A stretch of 63,656 nt of DNA, filler included, from Sphacelaria rigidula (lineage: Eukaryota), in the NCBI GenBank assembly GCA_964200075.2. It is 11 parts of 11 records of this genome, joined end to end, with 100 filler letters (N's around TTAATTAATTAA, not from the genome) between each part and the next. Parts side by side here need not be neighbours in the genome. Positions count along the whole stretch, not along the records: positions 11,595 to 17,290 come from CAXNAA020025175.1; positions 17,391 to 23,086 come from CAXNAA020025176.1; positions 23,187 to 28,882 come from CAXNAA020025177.1; 8 more parts are not named here. The stretch is one strand, 5' to 3'. The position numbers were made by a program, and so were the translations under genes. Of the stretch, positions 13,540 to 24,530 are shown piece after piece. Each line of letters begins with the position of its first letter. Position 1 is the stretch's first letter. The notes beneath the pieces are model-generated. The model had not been told where the DNA came from and made no database searches. It worked only from the letters and a program-made list of their open reading frames with translations.

Positions 13540-13702
13540 TTTCGTCTTAGTCTACTATGTCGTTCTGTTCGACTTTTTTCTTCTTTTTTTTCTTCAGCGA
13601 GTGTTTCAGTTTTGTTTTTCTCGGGTACGTCTATCATGCGACCACGGCTAAACCCCTGGGGGGTCAGTTGAAGTGCGTCACTCAATCAATCAATCAAATT
13701 CC
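13540..13702 (+). mobile_element. (AATC)n-tailed retroposon 3' fragment (copies at 20480-20690 -, 22280-22378 +, 22647-22842 +, 30061-30133 plus 31058-31166 -, 36550-36745 +)
   Basis: Shared ttcagcgagtgtttc...gggtacgtc...catgcgaccacggct...cctggggggtcag...gtgcg.caatcaatcaatc with variable 5' truncation. Confidence 0.75.
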
Positions 13703-14029
13703 CTGCCCCGAATACCCCTCATTGGAAATGTCGAGAGTGAAAATGGTCATTTCCCAATGAAAGGGGGGTTCATACAAGAATGGAAGCTCGATTTCGGCGT
13801 CTCCAACGGATTCCCAGCCGGCAAACAACGTTTCCCCTCATCTGAAGCGAGAATAGCGTCCGCGTGAGGTTTGCCAGGGCGGCTGTCGAACTGCCCCTTG
13901 CCTAGCTGACTGCGAAAAATGTGCATGTATTTTATCGATGTGCTCAGGAAATTCGGCTAGGTGTTGCATCGACTCCACCTCCAGGTTAAAGCATGTTTCA
14001 TCCTGGTGGCACCGTGATGTTCGCGAACC

Positions 14030-14504
14030 GTCACCTTTCCCTGTCTGTATTGCGTTGAGCCGAAGAATGCGTCGAGAGTCAACACTCTCCTGTGCACTAT
14101 GTTTGAAATAGAATTCACGGCACCTTTATCCCGCAGTAACTTGTCATCAAATCTTGTCGTTGTTGATGGGGTCCCCCAGGAACTGTCGGGACTTACCGTG
14201 TGTCGATATCCGCTTGCCGTCAAGCCCATTCCGTCCGCCAAGTACCCAATCGAGTCTCAACTCTTGATTCCCCCCCCTGGCCATTCCGTCCCTGTCCGTC
14301 GTTGATCCTTCGGGCCGTTTGCTAGTCATGCACCATGGTAGTACCGTGTCAAGCGGACACTACACTTCCTTCGTTCGGGACGCCTTGGGCCAGTGGCGTG
14401 ACTGTAATGACACAGTCGTGTCTGAAGTGACGGAGGCACAAGTTATGGGCGCCCCCGCCAACGAAACCAGCACGCCCTACCTCCTGTTTTACGAGCGTGT
14501 ATAG
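14030..14504 (+). pseudogene. Degenerate, apparently intronless C-terminal half of a ubiquitin-specific protease (peptidase C19)
   Basis: His box VMHHGSTVSSGHYTSFVRDALGQWRDCNDTVVSEV...PYLLFYERV*; upstream finger-like CLYCVEPKNASRVNTL; frameshift/stop near 14300. Confidence 0.8.
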
Positions 14505-16120
14505 GTGCACGCCAAGGGCAGGCTGGAGGACGCGGTTAGGTAGAGTGACATCGATTATTATATGCCTTGTTGTGCCTCAAGGGAGATTGGGGATAGGCAG
14601 TTTGTGCAATCAGCCGTCATTATACGTCTAGCCTATGGCTGTATTGTGACATGTTTGTCACATAGGGGTCGGGAGGCGGGGGGCAGAGGGGTGGAGTAAA
14701 ATACGCGCACAGTGTATATATATATATATATACATACAAGGTTTTTCGTTTTTCTTCCGATTTTGGCCGGAGGTTGCGGGAGAGAGGGGGAATGTTGATG
14801 TTGCTCTGGTGGTCGGCACTGGGCATATGCGTCAGGACTACCACGTTCTCGGCGTCGTCTGTGTCTGTCCTTCTTTACACTGGAGTAAAGAGCACTTTTT
14901 CTCCATCCGGATACGAACACAGGGTGCAAGAGACGGGAAATGGCGCCTGTCTTTTCTTGTCCCCGTTGTCGACGAGCATCGAGGTTGCCGCGCTGTTCTC
15001 CGGCTCTCTTCGGTTTGTTAAAGACTAGGCACGGGGGATGGAGTGTGGTTATCGTCTTTGCTACGAATTCCTGGCAGTCGTGCCTCATGGTTGTCGTCTG
15101 AAGGCTTACTTGTTACCATCGGTTGCTGCAGAGGGTACAAGAGCCAGGGAGAGTTGCCGAGTTTTTTTGTCTACTCAGCGTCCATCAGGCGTATAGTAGG
15201 TTGGTTGTCCATGGTCTCCGTCACTTTGTTTTCCCCTGTCCTCCGAGCTACGCTTTGTTGTTTTTTCCGACCACCATGAGCGCAGTAGAGGGCAGGGGTA
15301 GGGACGGGTGGTTTTGCAGGATACACAGGGATACGGGTAGGGATCAAAGTCTAACTGGGTACGGTGGCTCTATAATTGTGGGCCCAGCTACAAAGGGCAG
15401 TTGGTAATAGGGGGTTGTTTAGTGAGTTGGACTCTAGCATTGCCTGTGGCGTCCTCGTTGACGGATGCGGCTGGCGCCTGCGTTGTTCTTACGACATGCT
15501 CCTAGTCGAGATCGGAATACGAAACACGCCCTCTAGGTGTGATAAGTGTAGGTAGAGGTTTGTCCCCCTAGGGTCCTCATCCTTACGATGAGGGACCAAA
15601 AGTAAAGCAAAGGAAGTAGTTTCACCGATGGAGGGTGATGACGCACGGCTGAAGCGTGGTGGGTCAGGGTATTCATTGAGTAGTAGCGGTGTGCCGAGGA
15701 CTTGCTCGAAAGAAAGATGGGGATGTGTACAGAAGTCGGACGCCAGTACAACCGGGTGGATACTCCACGATGACTTTGATTTGCATCTCGATAATCGTGG
15801 CCGGAGTTGTGCCACGATCTCTCGTCCAGTCGAGGTGTACAATATGCCGATAACGTGAACACATACTCGAGAGTGCAAGAGAAGGTCCTTGAAAAGATCC
15901 CGTCAGGATGTCAGCGCATTTGGACACCGATCACTGCAGTGTACAGTTGTTGATGCTAGGATTCTCTTGATCTTGTTGTGGAGTGATGCTGCACAGTTGG
16001 TGCTTTCTGTGTGTATGCACTAGTGGTATACATTTTCTTGTTAAGGAGTTGCCGTGCGTCGCGCATGGACTGATGTAACCGGCAGGTGGTCCTCGGCAGG
16101 AACGCTATACTGTAAGGGGA

Positions 16121-16365
16121 CTGCTGCCGAGATAGCCCCCCCCCGAGCCGGCCAAAAAAGTGCACGGAGGCGATGATCATAAATGCCGTTAAAGCTGGTT
16201 TTGTGTTGCACGAGGCGACTTATTTGGGCGTAATAGCTAATTTCGAACTGCTCTACGCCTCTCATGTGGGCGAAGTTGCTGGAAACGAGCCCTATAGTGG
16301 GATCGCAGCCGTTTTGCCGCACCGCCTCACGTGCGCTTCTTGTGGGGGGGCTATCTCGGCATGAG
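16121..16365. mobile_element. MITE with TGCCGAGATAGCCCCCCC TIRs and an 8-9 bp target-site duplication (g)taagggga
   Basis: TIRs at 16125-16142 and 16344-16361; gtaagggga at 16112-16120 and 16365-16373. Confidence 0.85.
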
Positions 16366-16702
16366 TAAGGGGAAGGTTATTATGACGAAATTCGTAGCTT
16401 TTGCTGGCCGTGATCGACACGAGCATGCTACTGTAAGTAAACAGCACCCGAAGCGGCCCCGGGGAGTACACGACCTATTTTACTTCAGAGAATGGCATTA
16501 ATTTCCCACTCATCTTGCAGACTCCTCGCTTGCAGCTGATACGAGCTGCCTTGAGACCAATCTAGATTACTTTCTCCCTCGAAAATTACGAAGATGTATT
16601 TTCTCCCGTAATAAGTTACACTAGCCAACGTCCAAAAAAACGGGGAGTTCACCTGATGACTGGGGAAAAAACCGCAGGCATATCTTCTCCAGCGGTGGAA
16701 CG

Positions 16703-17290
16703 GGGGGGAGTGTAATGATGATCTTGCATGCCGTAGTCATATAACCATTAATCTCGCATTCCTACAAAGCCGGGACAGAGTACGGCGGGTTTTCGCCGTG
16801 CCAGGTTGGCAATCACTCACCAACCGCGGAGCGCCGTGATATTTGAGGCGTGTCGCATGAGAGGTGAGCTGCGTCCTGCGACGATTGTACGGCTCGAAGT
16901 ATGCTGACTATCTTGCATTTGGATGACAGCCTACAATGAGTTGCTTCATTTTCTGGTGTCGCCACCTCCAGAGACAGCCACGGCTTACACACTGCCTCAT
17001 GACTGTCCCACCATTTGGGCACCACGAGCACGAATGATGATAACCCCCTTTGCGCGGAATCGAGTTTTACCACTCCGTACAATGGGATATAGCTCGATCA
17101 TCATCATGGTTACCGCAAAAAAACTGCAAGCGCACGAAACAAAACGGTGACCTGATGGCCTAGCTTACGCTGTGAGTGGCGTGCTTCTTAGCGTCGGTGC
17201 CAACCGACGCCAACCCCATTGGGGGTCCGCCCCTACAAACTGGGGACGGGTCGGGTTTTCGACGGACCAGCGTGAAAGGGTGGGGGGGGT
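16703..17290 (+). mobile_element. About 590-bp G-tract-bounded dispersed repeat, 'B family' (other pieces at 5798-5878, 17441-17760, 22617-23070 -, 25787-25900 -, 46161-46270, 63591-63656)
   Basis: Conserved start gtactcatgatcatgcatgcc.tagtcata..accattgacctcgca and core cctacaaagccgggacggagcacgccgggttttcgccggaccag, which occurs twice in direct orientation in this copy. Confidence 0.8.
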
Positions 17291-19036
17291 NNNNNNNNNN
17301 NNNNNNNNNNNNNNNNNNNNNNNNNNNNNNNNNNTTAATTAATTAANNNNNNNNNNNNNNNNNNNNNNNNNNNNNNNNNNNNNNNNNNNNGTGGTTTTAG
17401 GTGCTGACGGAGAAAGACAGGCCCTTGTCCACGTGGCTTGGGGGGGGGGGGGGGGGGGGGGGTGGGTACTCATCATCTTGCATGCCGTAGTCATATGACC
17501 GATTGACCTCGCATCCCTACAAGGCCAGGACGGAGCACGCCGGGTTTTCGCCGGGTCACCAAGCGTGAAGTGCCGTGATGTGCTCGGCGAGTCGCATGAA
17601 GGGTTAGCTGCATCCTGCCAAGATTATTCGGCCCGAAGCGTACTGACTCTCTTGCATACGGATGTCAGCCTCGAATGACTTGCTTTATTTCCTGGCATCG
17701 TCACTTCCATAGACAACCACGGGTTACATGTTGTCTCACGAGCGTCTCCCCATGTGAATACTACGTGCTGAGACAAACCTACTTCCTCCAACACAGAGTA
17801 AAGTCGGTTATGGGGCACAGATCATATCTTGTGAACGGAAGCGTGCAAGATGCTGTAGTTAGATTTGATGGAAAGATACAGTGACAGAGATGCTCACCAA
17901 AGGGAAAAAAAAATCCGAGTTGGTATTGTAGAGAAATTGTGGGTAAAATTTGACCAAATTTAGGCCGATTTCGTCCAAATTGTACCGTTTGTGGTGAAAG
18001 CAGTCCACGATATGATCACACCCTTTCTGACGAGGCGTAGGTATCGTCTATCAACGATCAAGCGTAAACAAACCCAGTTTTTTCATATTCTTGCGTTTTT
18101 TGCCACTTTTCCAAGTTTCAGTTTTTCTCTCCTTATTCCAGAAAACGGGGAAGAAACGTCCATTTCTGGGCCAACTGATTTTGTTTCAGTCGCTGGTCCA
18201 TGCTGAAGGCTGCTCCAAAAAAAACAAGAAGGGATTCAATTAAAAAAATGAGAAATAATTCGAAAATATCATCGCTAACGTCATCGGACACGGTCAAGGA
18301 TCCGTGTAAACATAACCGACTTTACCTCTGTGCTGGAGGAAGTATCTCAGCAAGCGGTGGCTCAAGATGACCGCATGAACAGCAAGAGAGGCCGGACTGC
18401 AAACAAAAAAAACACATAAAATTGCTGATTTGTTCAGTCATAACATTGGAGTATACACTCTAAGGCTTACGGAATCCGGACCCAACGGACACCGAGGTCT
18501 ACACCTTCAGCAATATACAATGTATTTTCCCCCCCGTATTTAGGGATTACGGTCTCAAGTGACTGAACTTCGTGGGGGTGTAGAGCATCCCCCCTAGTAC
18601 ATCTGCAGGTGCATGATAATGCTGTTTGTTGGTGCGACGGTTTGGATGTGAGGAATGTATGAGATTTGGTCAGCGGATTTTCCCGAGAGTATGGCCATGA
18701 ATCCTTGACATATGTTATCTCTGAGGAGATGCCCATCACTTCCAGATACGAAGATTGTGTGTGCGCGTGTGCGAACAATATTTGTCTTGAAGTCTTCAAG
18801 CCCTATAGAGGAAGGGAGCTTTCGGAGCAGTCATGTGGTCTCGTTCTAGGCCCAGGCAGGTCTACAGGGATGAGTCAACAAGACAGTCCGTTCAACTTGG
18901 GCATGGCGCAAGTCATGCGGGGCAACAGGCACGGGTACATGGGATTACATGGCCACAGCAACAGTTTGGATTGAACTCGGTTCTACTTATGCGTAACCAC
19001 CTCAGTACATCTTGGCATTTCGACAAAAGTTCGCAC

Positions 19037-21734
19037 CTGGTCTTGAAGTGAACGCACGAGCTCGTCGCGGCTCCTGGCCTCTTCCTCCAGCTGGCCGGTG
19101 CGCGCCGCCTCCTCTTCCACCAGAGCGGCCCGCGTCTCTAATCGCTCCACCTCTCCTTGCAACAGCTGCACACGAAGAGCATAGATCAGATCGGAACAGA
19201 TCAGATCACGGGTCAGAAGACATCAGACTGCTTTCTTTGCTGGATATCAGACTGTACGTGCTCTCGAACGATAATGACAGCGCAACGCGGGTCTACCGTC
19301 TAACCGCACCACATTTGCTTGTAGCAGCTGCACACGCAAATATGGATCGGATCAGATCAGATCAGATCAGACCACACCATTCCGTTGAACATGAGGGAAT
19401 ACGATTGCAAATTATTATAACGCGGCCATCTACAACGGACGCCCAAGAGGGAGATGAAAAAATGACAGAAACGCTAACCGGGCCCGGGAGTCGAATGATT
19501 TGCCCGTCACCCTCAGGGAGGAGAGAACGTTGGTTCGAATCTCGGTGCGTTGTTTTTTTTCTTCGGAGTATCTGGTTTCCACCGTCGACAGCTGAGTACG
19601 TGAGTATAGTAGACAATGAGTAGTTGACTGAGTTTTTTTTACGACAGTTGTTGCGGTGCGGGAGTAGTGCTGCCCCAATCCGCGAGGCCAAAATGTAAGA
19701 CGTACCGATCGGGGGAGAGATGGGTTGATCCCTTGAGACTCGTAGACCGCAGACTCGTAGACCGCAGACTCGTAGACCGCAGACTCGTAAACCACAGACT
19801 CGTCCCCAGGGAAGGGAGGGGTTCAAAGTGCGAATATATATATATATATATATATATGACATAAATAAATATATATCAAGAAATGGGGGTCCAGGATTGA
19901 AGCGCTCCACATCTGCGATACTATAGTAGATAGTAGACCAGAGTGGCGCACTAAATACTACATGCACAATCGTAGATGACAACAGCATCAAAGGAACGTG
20001 GCTTGCGCCTCTAATCGCTCAACATTCCCTCGAAACAGCTGTACAGGCAAGATGGGTTAAATTATTGGAAACCAGGCCAGGCCAGGTCGATTCCGATCAC
20101 CATCCTCCGTTCAACATCAGACAATCTCCTTTTCCACAATGAAAGCGCATTCGAGGAAGAGTGGGGCCTAGCGTCGAATGGTTGATTTTGTCCTTGCAAC
20201 AACTGACTGCACCGAAGAACAAACAAAAATAAAAGGGGTACGTGATATCAGGTCGGCTATAAAAAAACGATGATCATAGCAAACAAGCACGGTGGAACCG
20301 AGCTTGCCCAGGGTACAGAGCACAGAGTGTCGCCTGGGGTTCCCACGGTGGCTCTGTACTCTTGAGCTCTTGCTACTGTATGACCCGGTTACCTAGGATA
20401 CCAGAGATTCGTCCGATGTGAGTGTGTCGGGGTCACCCACTTGTGTCACTGGCGAAGCAGTCAGTCTTCTGTGACGTGCTCCTGCCCGGTTTGATTGATT
20501 GATTTCGATTGATTATCGCGCTGTAAGTGATTCCCCATGGATCCAGCCGTGACCATTGGATGCATGTGGACGTACCCGAGACACAAAACAACACTGAAAC
20601 ACTCGCTGAAGAAGAGTGACAAAAAAAAAAAATGGAACAACAACAAACAAACATCAAGTAGACTTGAGATAGAGCAAAATAAACAATAAATACACGATTT
20701 TTGACGTGGGTGTATACAGGTACTGTACTGTACTTGTATTCATTATGCACTTCAGCACTCCCCGTCCACTCTCGTCTACTCTTTCTATTGCTATCCGCGT
20801 CCTCTCGCTTTCAACATATAAATCATTTTCTGCTCCGAAAGACCTCACCTGCAGGGATTGGAACCCTCAACCTTCCGCCCTGACCAAAGGTTATGTCATA
20901 CATACATAGGTAGTGCACTTGTTTCTGTTCCGATTGTCCCGTACGAAAATATATATGAAAATGATAAAAAAAAATAAGTTGTCTGTGACCCACAGACGGT
21001 GCAGTTGGAATCAAAGGTTATATAAATACAATTTATATACACAAGTAGTGCACTTGTTTCTGTTCCGATAGTGTCCCATACTAAAATATATCACACCCTG
21101 GACAATATATGGTCAATAGATGCAATAGACGAGAAGTGTACTGCATAAAGTATAGACCTATTGCAAGTATTGCCGGCCGACAATAATCGCAATAGGCCTA
21201 TAATCCATGCAGTACGTTTCTCGTCTATTGCAGCTATTGACCATATATTGTCCAAGGTGTGAAATATATATGAAAACAATCCCAACTGCACCGTCTGTGT
21301 ATCACAAATGATGACGAATATCCCAGCGAGTGCACGACCTATGTATATATGTCATAACCATTGGCCCTGACTGCTGACGAATGGCGTACCTGTGGGTTAT
21401 TCGTCATTGCTCATTGCTCATTGGTTTGCCCATTGGCCATTGCCCATTCATTGGTCATTGGTCATTCGTTATTTTCCAGCATTGCTAAGTATACCTACAG
21501 CTGCGGCCCAAAAGACCGTGCCTGCCTGGATTGGAACTCTCAACCTTCCGCACTAGCTGACGACTAGTGTACCAGTGAGTTATTTGTCATTGGTCATCGG
21601 TCATTGCCCATTGGTCATTGGTCATTTTCCAGCGCTGGTGAGCCTACCTGTAGCTGCGCCTGTCCCGCGGCGCGTTCGTGCTCTGCCTGACGCTGTGCGT
21701 GCAGCAGCTCTTCCTGAACCGCGTCTTGCAAAGC
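19037..21734 (-). CDS. Two exons (21648-21734, 19037-19165) of a coiled-coil protein
   Basis: GT-AG bounded, phase 0: ALQDAVQEELLHAQRQAEHERAAGQAQLQ|LLQGEVERLETRAALVEEEAARTGQLEEEARSRDELVRSLQDQ; E/Q/R/L/A-rich heptad character. Confidence 0.75.
19737..19803 (+). repeat. 15-bp minisatellite (agactcgtagaccgc) x about 4.5 inside a SINE copy
   Basis: Seen directly; not expanded in the 2832-3200 SINE copy. Confidence 0.9.
20832..20900 (-). mobile_element. Third tRNA-like SINE head remnant (second copy at about 21503-21565)
   Basis: Minus strand gcggaaggttgagGGTTCCAATCCC, B-box-like; duplicated about 670 bp away. Confidence 0.45.
21091..21262. mobile_element. 172-bp loopless foldback insertion with an AATATA target-site duplication
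   Basis: tcacaccctggacaatatatggtcaatag... pairs with ...ctattgaccatatattgtccaaggtgtga right to the centre (ccggccga); aatata on both flanks. Confidence 0.85.
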
Positions 21735-24317
21735 CTGGTAATAACCAACATCACCAAGCCAAGAAAAGAAAACAGACATAACACAAAACAAGAAGCAAAG
21801 AAACGAAAAACAAAAACATCGACTCACGTCCAAGAATATGGATACATGAAGAGCACCATGCCTTTTGGGACGTGTGTACTATGTTGCAGTCATTTTTTTT
21901 TTTTGTCTCAGCTTTGTTTTTTTCTTTCCTTCGTTTTTTTCTCTTGTTTCTCAGTCCCCTCCGCTTGCCTGTTCTATCTTTCTATTCGTTTTTCACTTTT
22001 TTTCAGCAACAGCAATGCTACGGTCGGGGTGCACTTTTTGCGCGAAATCTTGTCTGGTTCAGGGGCTCCTAAAGATTCTAGATGCACAAGAATATGGGTT
22101 AGGGCACCCCCGTTTGCGAATTTATCCCGCACTCCCTAGCACATTAGAATAGAAATCCTGGCGTACTCTCACATATTTCATGAGTCGTGTTTGGCACGAG
22201 ATAAAGGGCTCCCAACAATTCTAACCTCAGAAAATATTTGGGCACCCCTACCGTAGCATCGCTCGCTCGCGAGTCCGTTTTGTTCCATCTCGGGTACATC
22301 TATCATGTGGATAATGAGCACGACTGGATCGTGACTCCTGGGGGGTCAGTCAAGGTGCGACAATCAAATCACATCAACGTGCGCACTGTGCTACTGTAAC
22401 GCCAACCTTCCTGACTTGATTTTATTTGATGTACGAGTGCTCTTGCAGGGAGTAAAGATCCCAATCGACTTGAAAGTCAAATGGTTGAGGAGCCTAAGTG
22501 TGAAGAGCGCGTTCCTGACGTATCTGCGTTTCCGCAACCCCTGCTCCGTCTCGAAGGGAGGCGTGATCAATGGTCAAATGATTAAGGCGAGGAGCAAACG
22601 AGTATGCTACCCCCTAGCCTGGCCCGGCGAGAATCCGGCGTGCTCCATTACTTTTTTTTGTCACGACTTAGTCTGCTGTGTCGTTCTGTTCGACCCCCCT
22701 TTCTGTTTTTTTTCTGTTTCATTTTTTTTTTTCCCCTTAGAGCGTGTTTCAAGTTCGTTTTTCTTGGGTACGACCATCATGAGACCACGGCTGGACCCCT
22801 AGGGGGTCAGTTAAAGTGCGACAATCAATCAATCAAAATCAATCCGTCCCGGCTTTGTAGGGGCGGTACCGCGATGGGGTTGGCTTCGGTTGGCGATGGC
22901 GCTATGAAACACGCCACTCACTGCGTAAGCTAGGCAACCAAGTTACCGATTTGTCTGCGCCCTTGCGTTCCTTTTGCGGTAACCATGATGGTGGTCGAGC
23001 CAGATCATATTGTGCGGCGTGGGAGAACCTCAACTCCGCACAATGGGGATGATCGTACTACGTCATGTTTAAATGGTGAGACAAGANNNNNNNNNNNNNN
23101 NNNNNNNNNNNNNNNNNNNNNNNNNNNNNNTTAATTAATTAANNNNNNNNNNNNNNNNNNNNNNNNNNNNNNNNNNNNNNNNNNNNAAATGACTAAGGCA
23201 AGCAACAAATGAGTACGCCCCCCCCCCCACCTTTCCGAAACATGATAGGGATCGACAGTCCACCGTCCGGGACATCGTCAAAAACTTGACCGGATCGGCA
23301 GCGACCCAACCTACGAGGTGTGTATTGTCTCTGCACATCCACGATTTTCTATCGTACGGTCTAATTATATATAGTGTTTCTCTGTTATAAGCTACCCATA
23401 ATAAAACAACCATAAAAATACTCGGTATAGACAAACGGCACAACATCTCCAGATGGACTGGACAACTCGCGCTCTCGTTGCCATTTCCAGTTTAACTCCA
23501 GTCAAAAGAAAGATATACAGTTTTAACTACCTCAGTGCCCAGCCCATTTGATGCATGTTTTCGGTGCACTTTCCCACAGGAGTTGACACCACGCATTTTT
23601 AGACCACGATTCGACACACACGGGGAGCGGGGCACTACAAAGGGATCTACCACCTCCTTCATGATGACACACTCCTACTTGCCATACTTGCTTGTATAGA
23701 ATGCCACATCGACTCAAAGACCATGGTTTTCTCAGTGTATGTTCATCGAGAAGTAACCTGGTTACCGAAGGCAACCTTTACTCCCACTTCCTTCCTTTTC
23801 CACCTACTTGACATTGTGGTTTCAACACCCGTTCGTCACGCTTCCGCTCACAGTACGACTATGTTTTCTTCCATACTTTCCTCGCTAAACTTTCCGCAAT
23901 CGTCCCTTCGTCCTTCTCCCGCTTCGTTCGGCATCGATAGGTCCTCTGCCTGCAACTCCCACGTGTCTGAAACTCGGGAGACAAAGCCAGTCCCGAAGCC
24001 AAGGGCTCCAGAAAACAGGTTCCCTTCCTCTGCCTTGCGTGTGGCGGCGACATCGGGGCCATCACCCCATACCACCGCATGGCCGACCCCAACGGCGGTA
24101 AAGAAAGGGTATACACCCACACGGACGGCCTCGCTGGCCTCGTCAAAGCGGACGAGAACAGTCGTAACCCTTGCGAGGGATTTAGAGCCACCTCCACCAA
24201 AAAAAACTGTTTGACCTGTCGGCGGGGGATAATGAACCAGCATTTATAAGGTGTGATTCCTTATTTTACGACACCCGTGCTAAGCTCCTGTCAGATTTTC
24301 AACGGCACTTGTTGCAG

Positions 24318-24530
24318 GAGAAAGAGACGCTTGCGTCCAGGAACGACAACTCGACACCTCGGAAAGTACCGCGGGCCAATACTCATTCCCTCTCCTTTGC
24401 CGGAGGTGACCCCGTGACGCCACCAAGCAAAACCGACCCTTCCTTCGAAACGAAGAAACCTAATCCTACCCGACAGGGTACCCGACCCACGGCTACCAGG
24501 AGCGGACCCGGGAACCAACCACCGATTACG
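24318..24530 (+). CDS. Probable exon of a P/T/S-rich uncharacterised protein (possible upstream exon at 23854-24097)
   Basis: ttgttgcag| acceptor, ACG|GTGAGT donor; 213 bp with only one frame open. Confidence 0.45.

Noticed and set aside
15489..15930. DIRS/Ngaro RNase H-like phrase (EMQIKVIVEYPPG) on the minus strand
   Set aside because: The expected N..AD.LSR motif and RT/recombinase motifs were not found; too weak without an HMM search
19737..19803. Short direct repeats as a CRISPR-like array
   Set aside because: The 15-bp units are head-to-tail with no unique spacers and no cas genes; they sit inside a SINE
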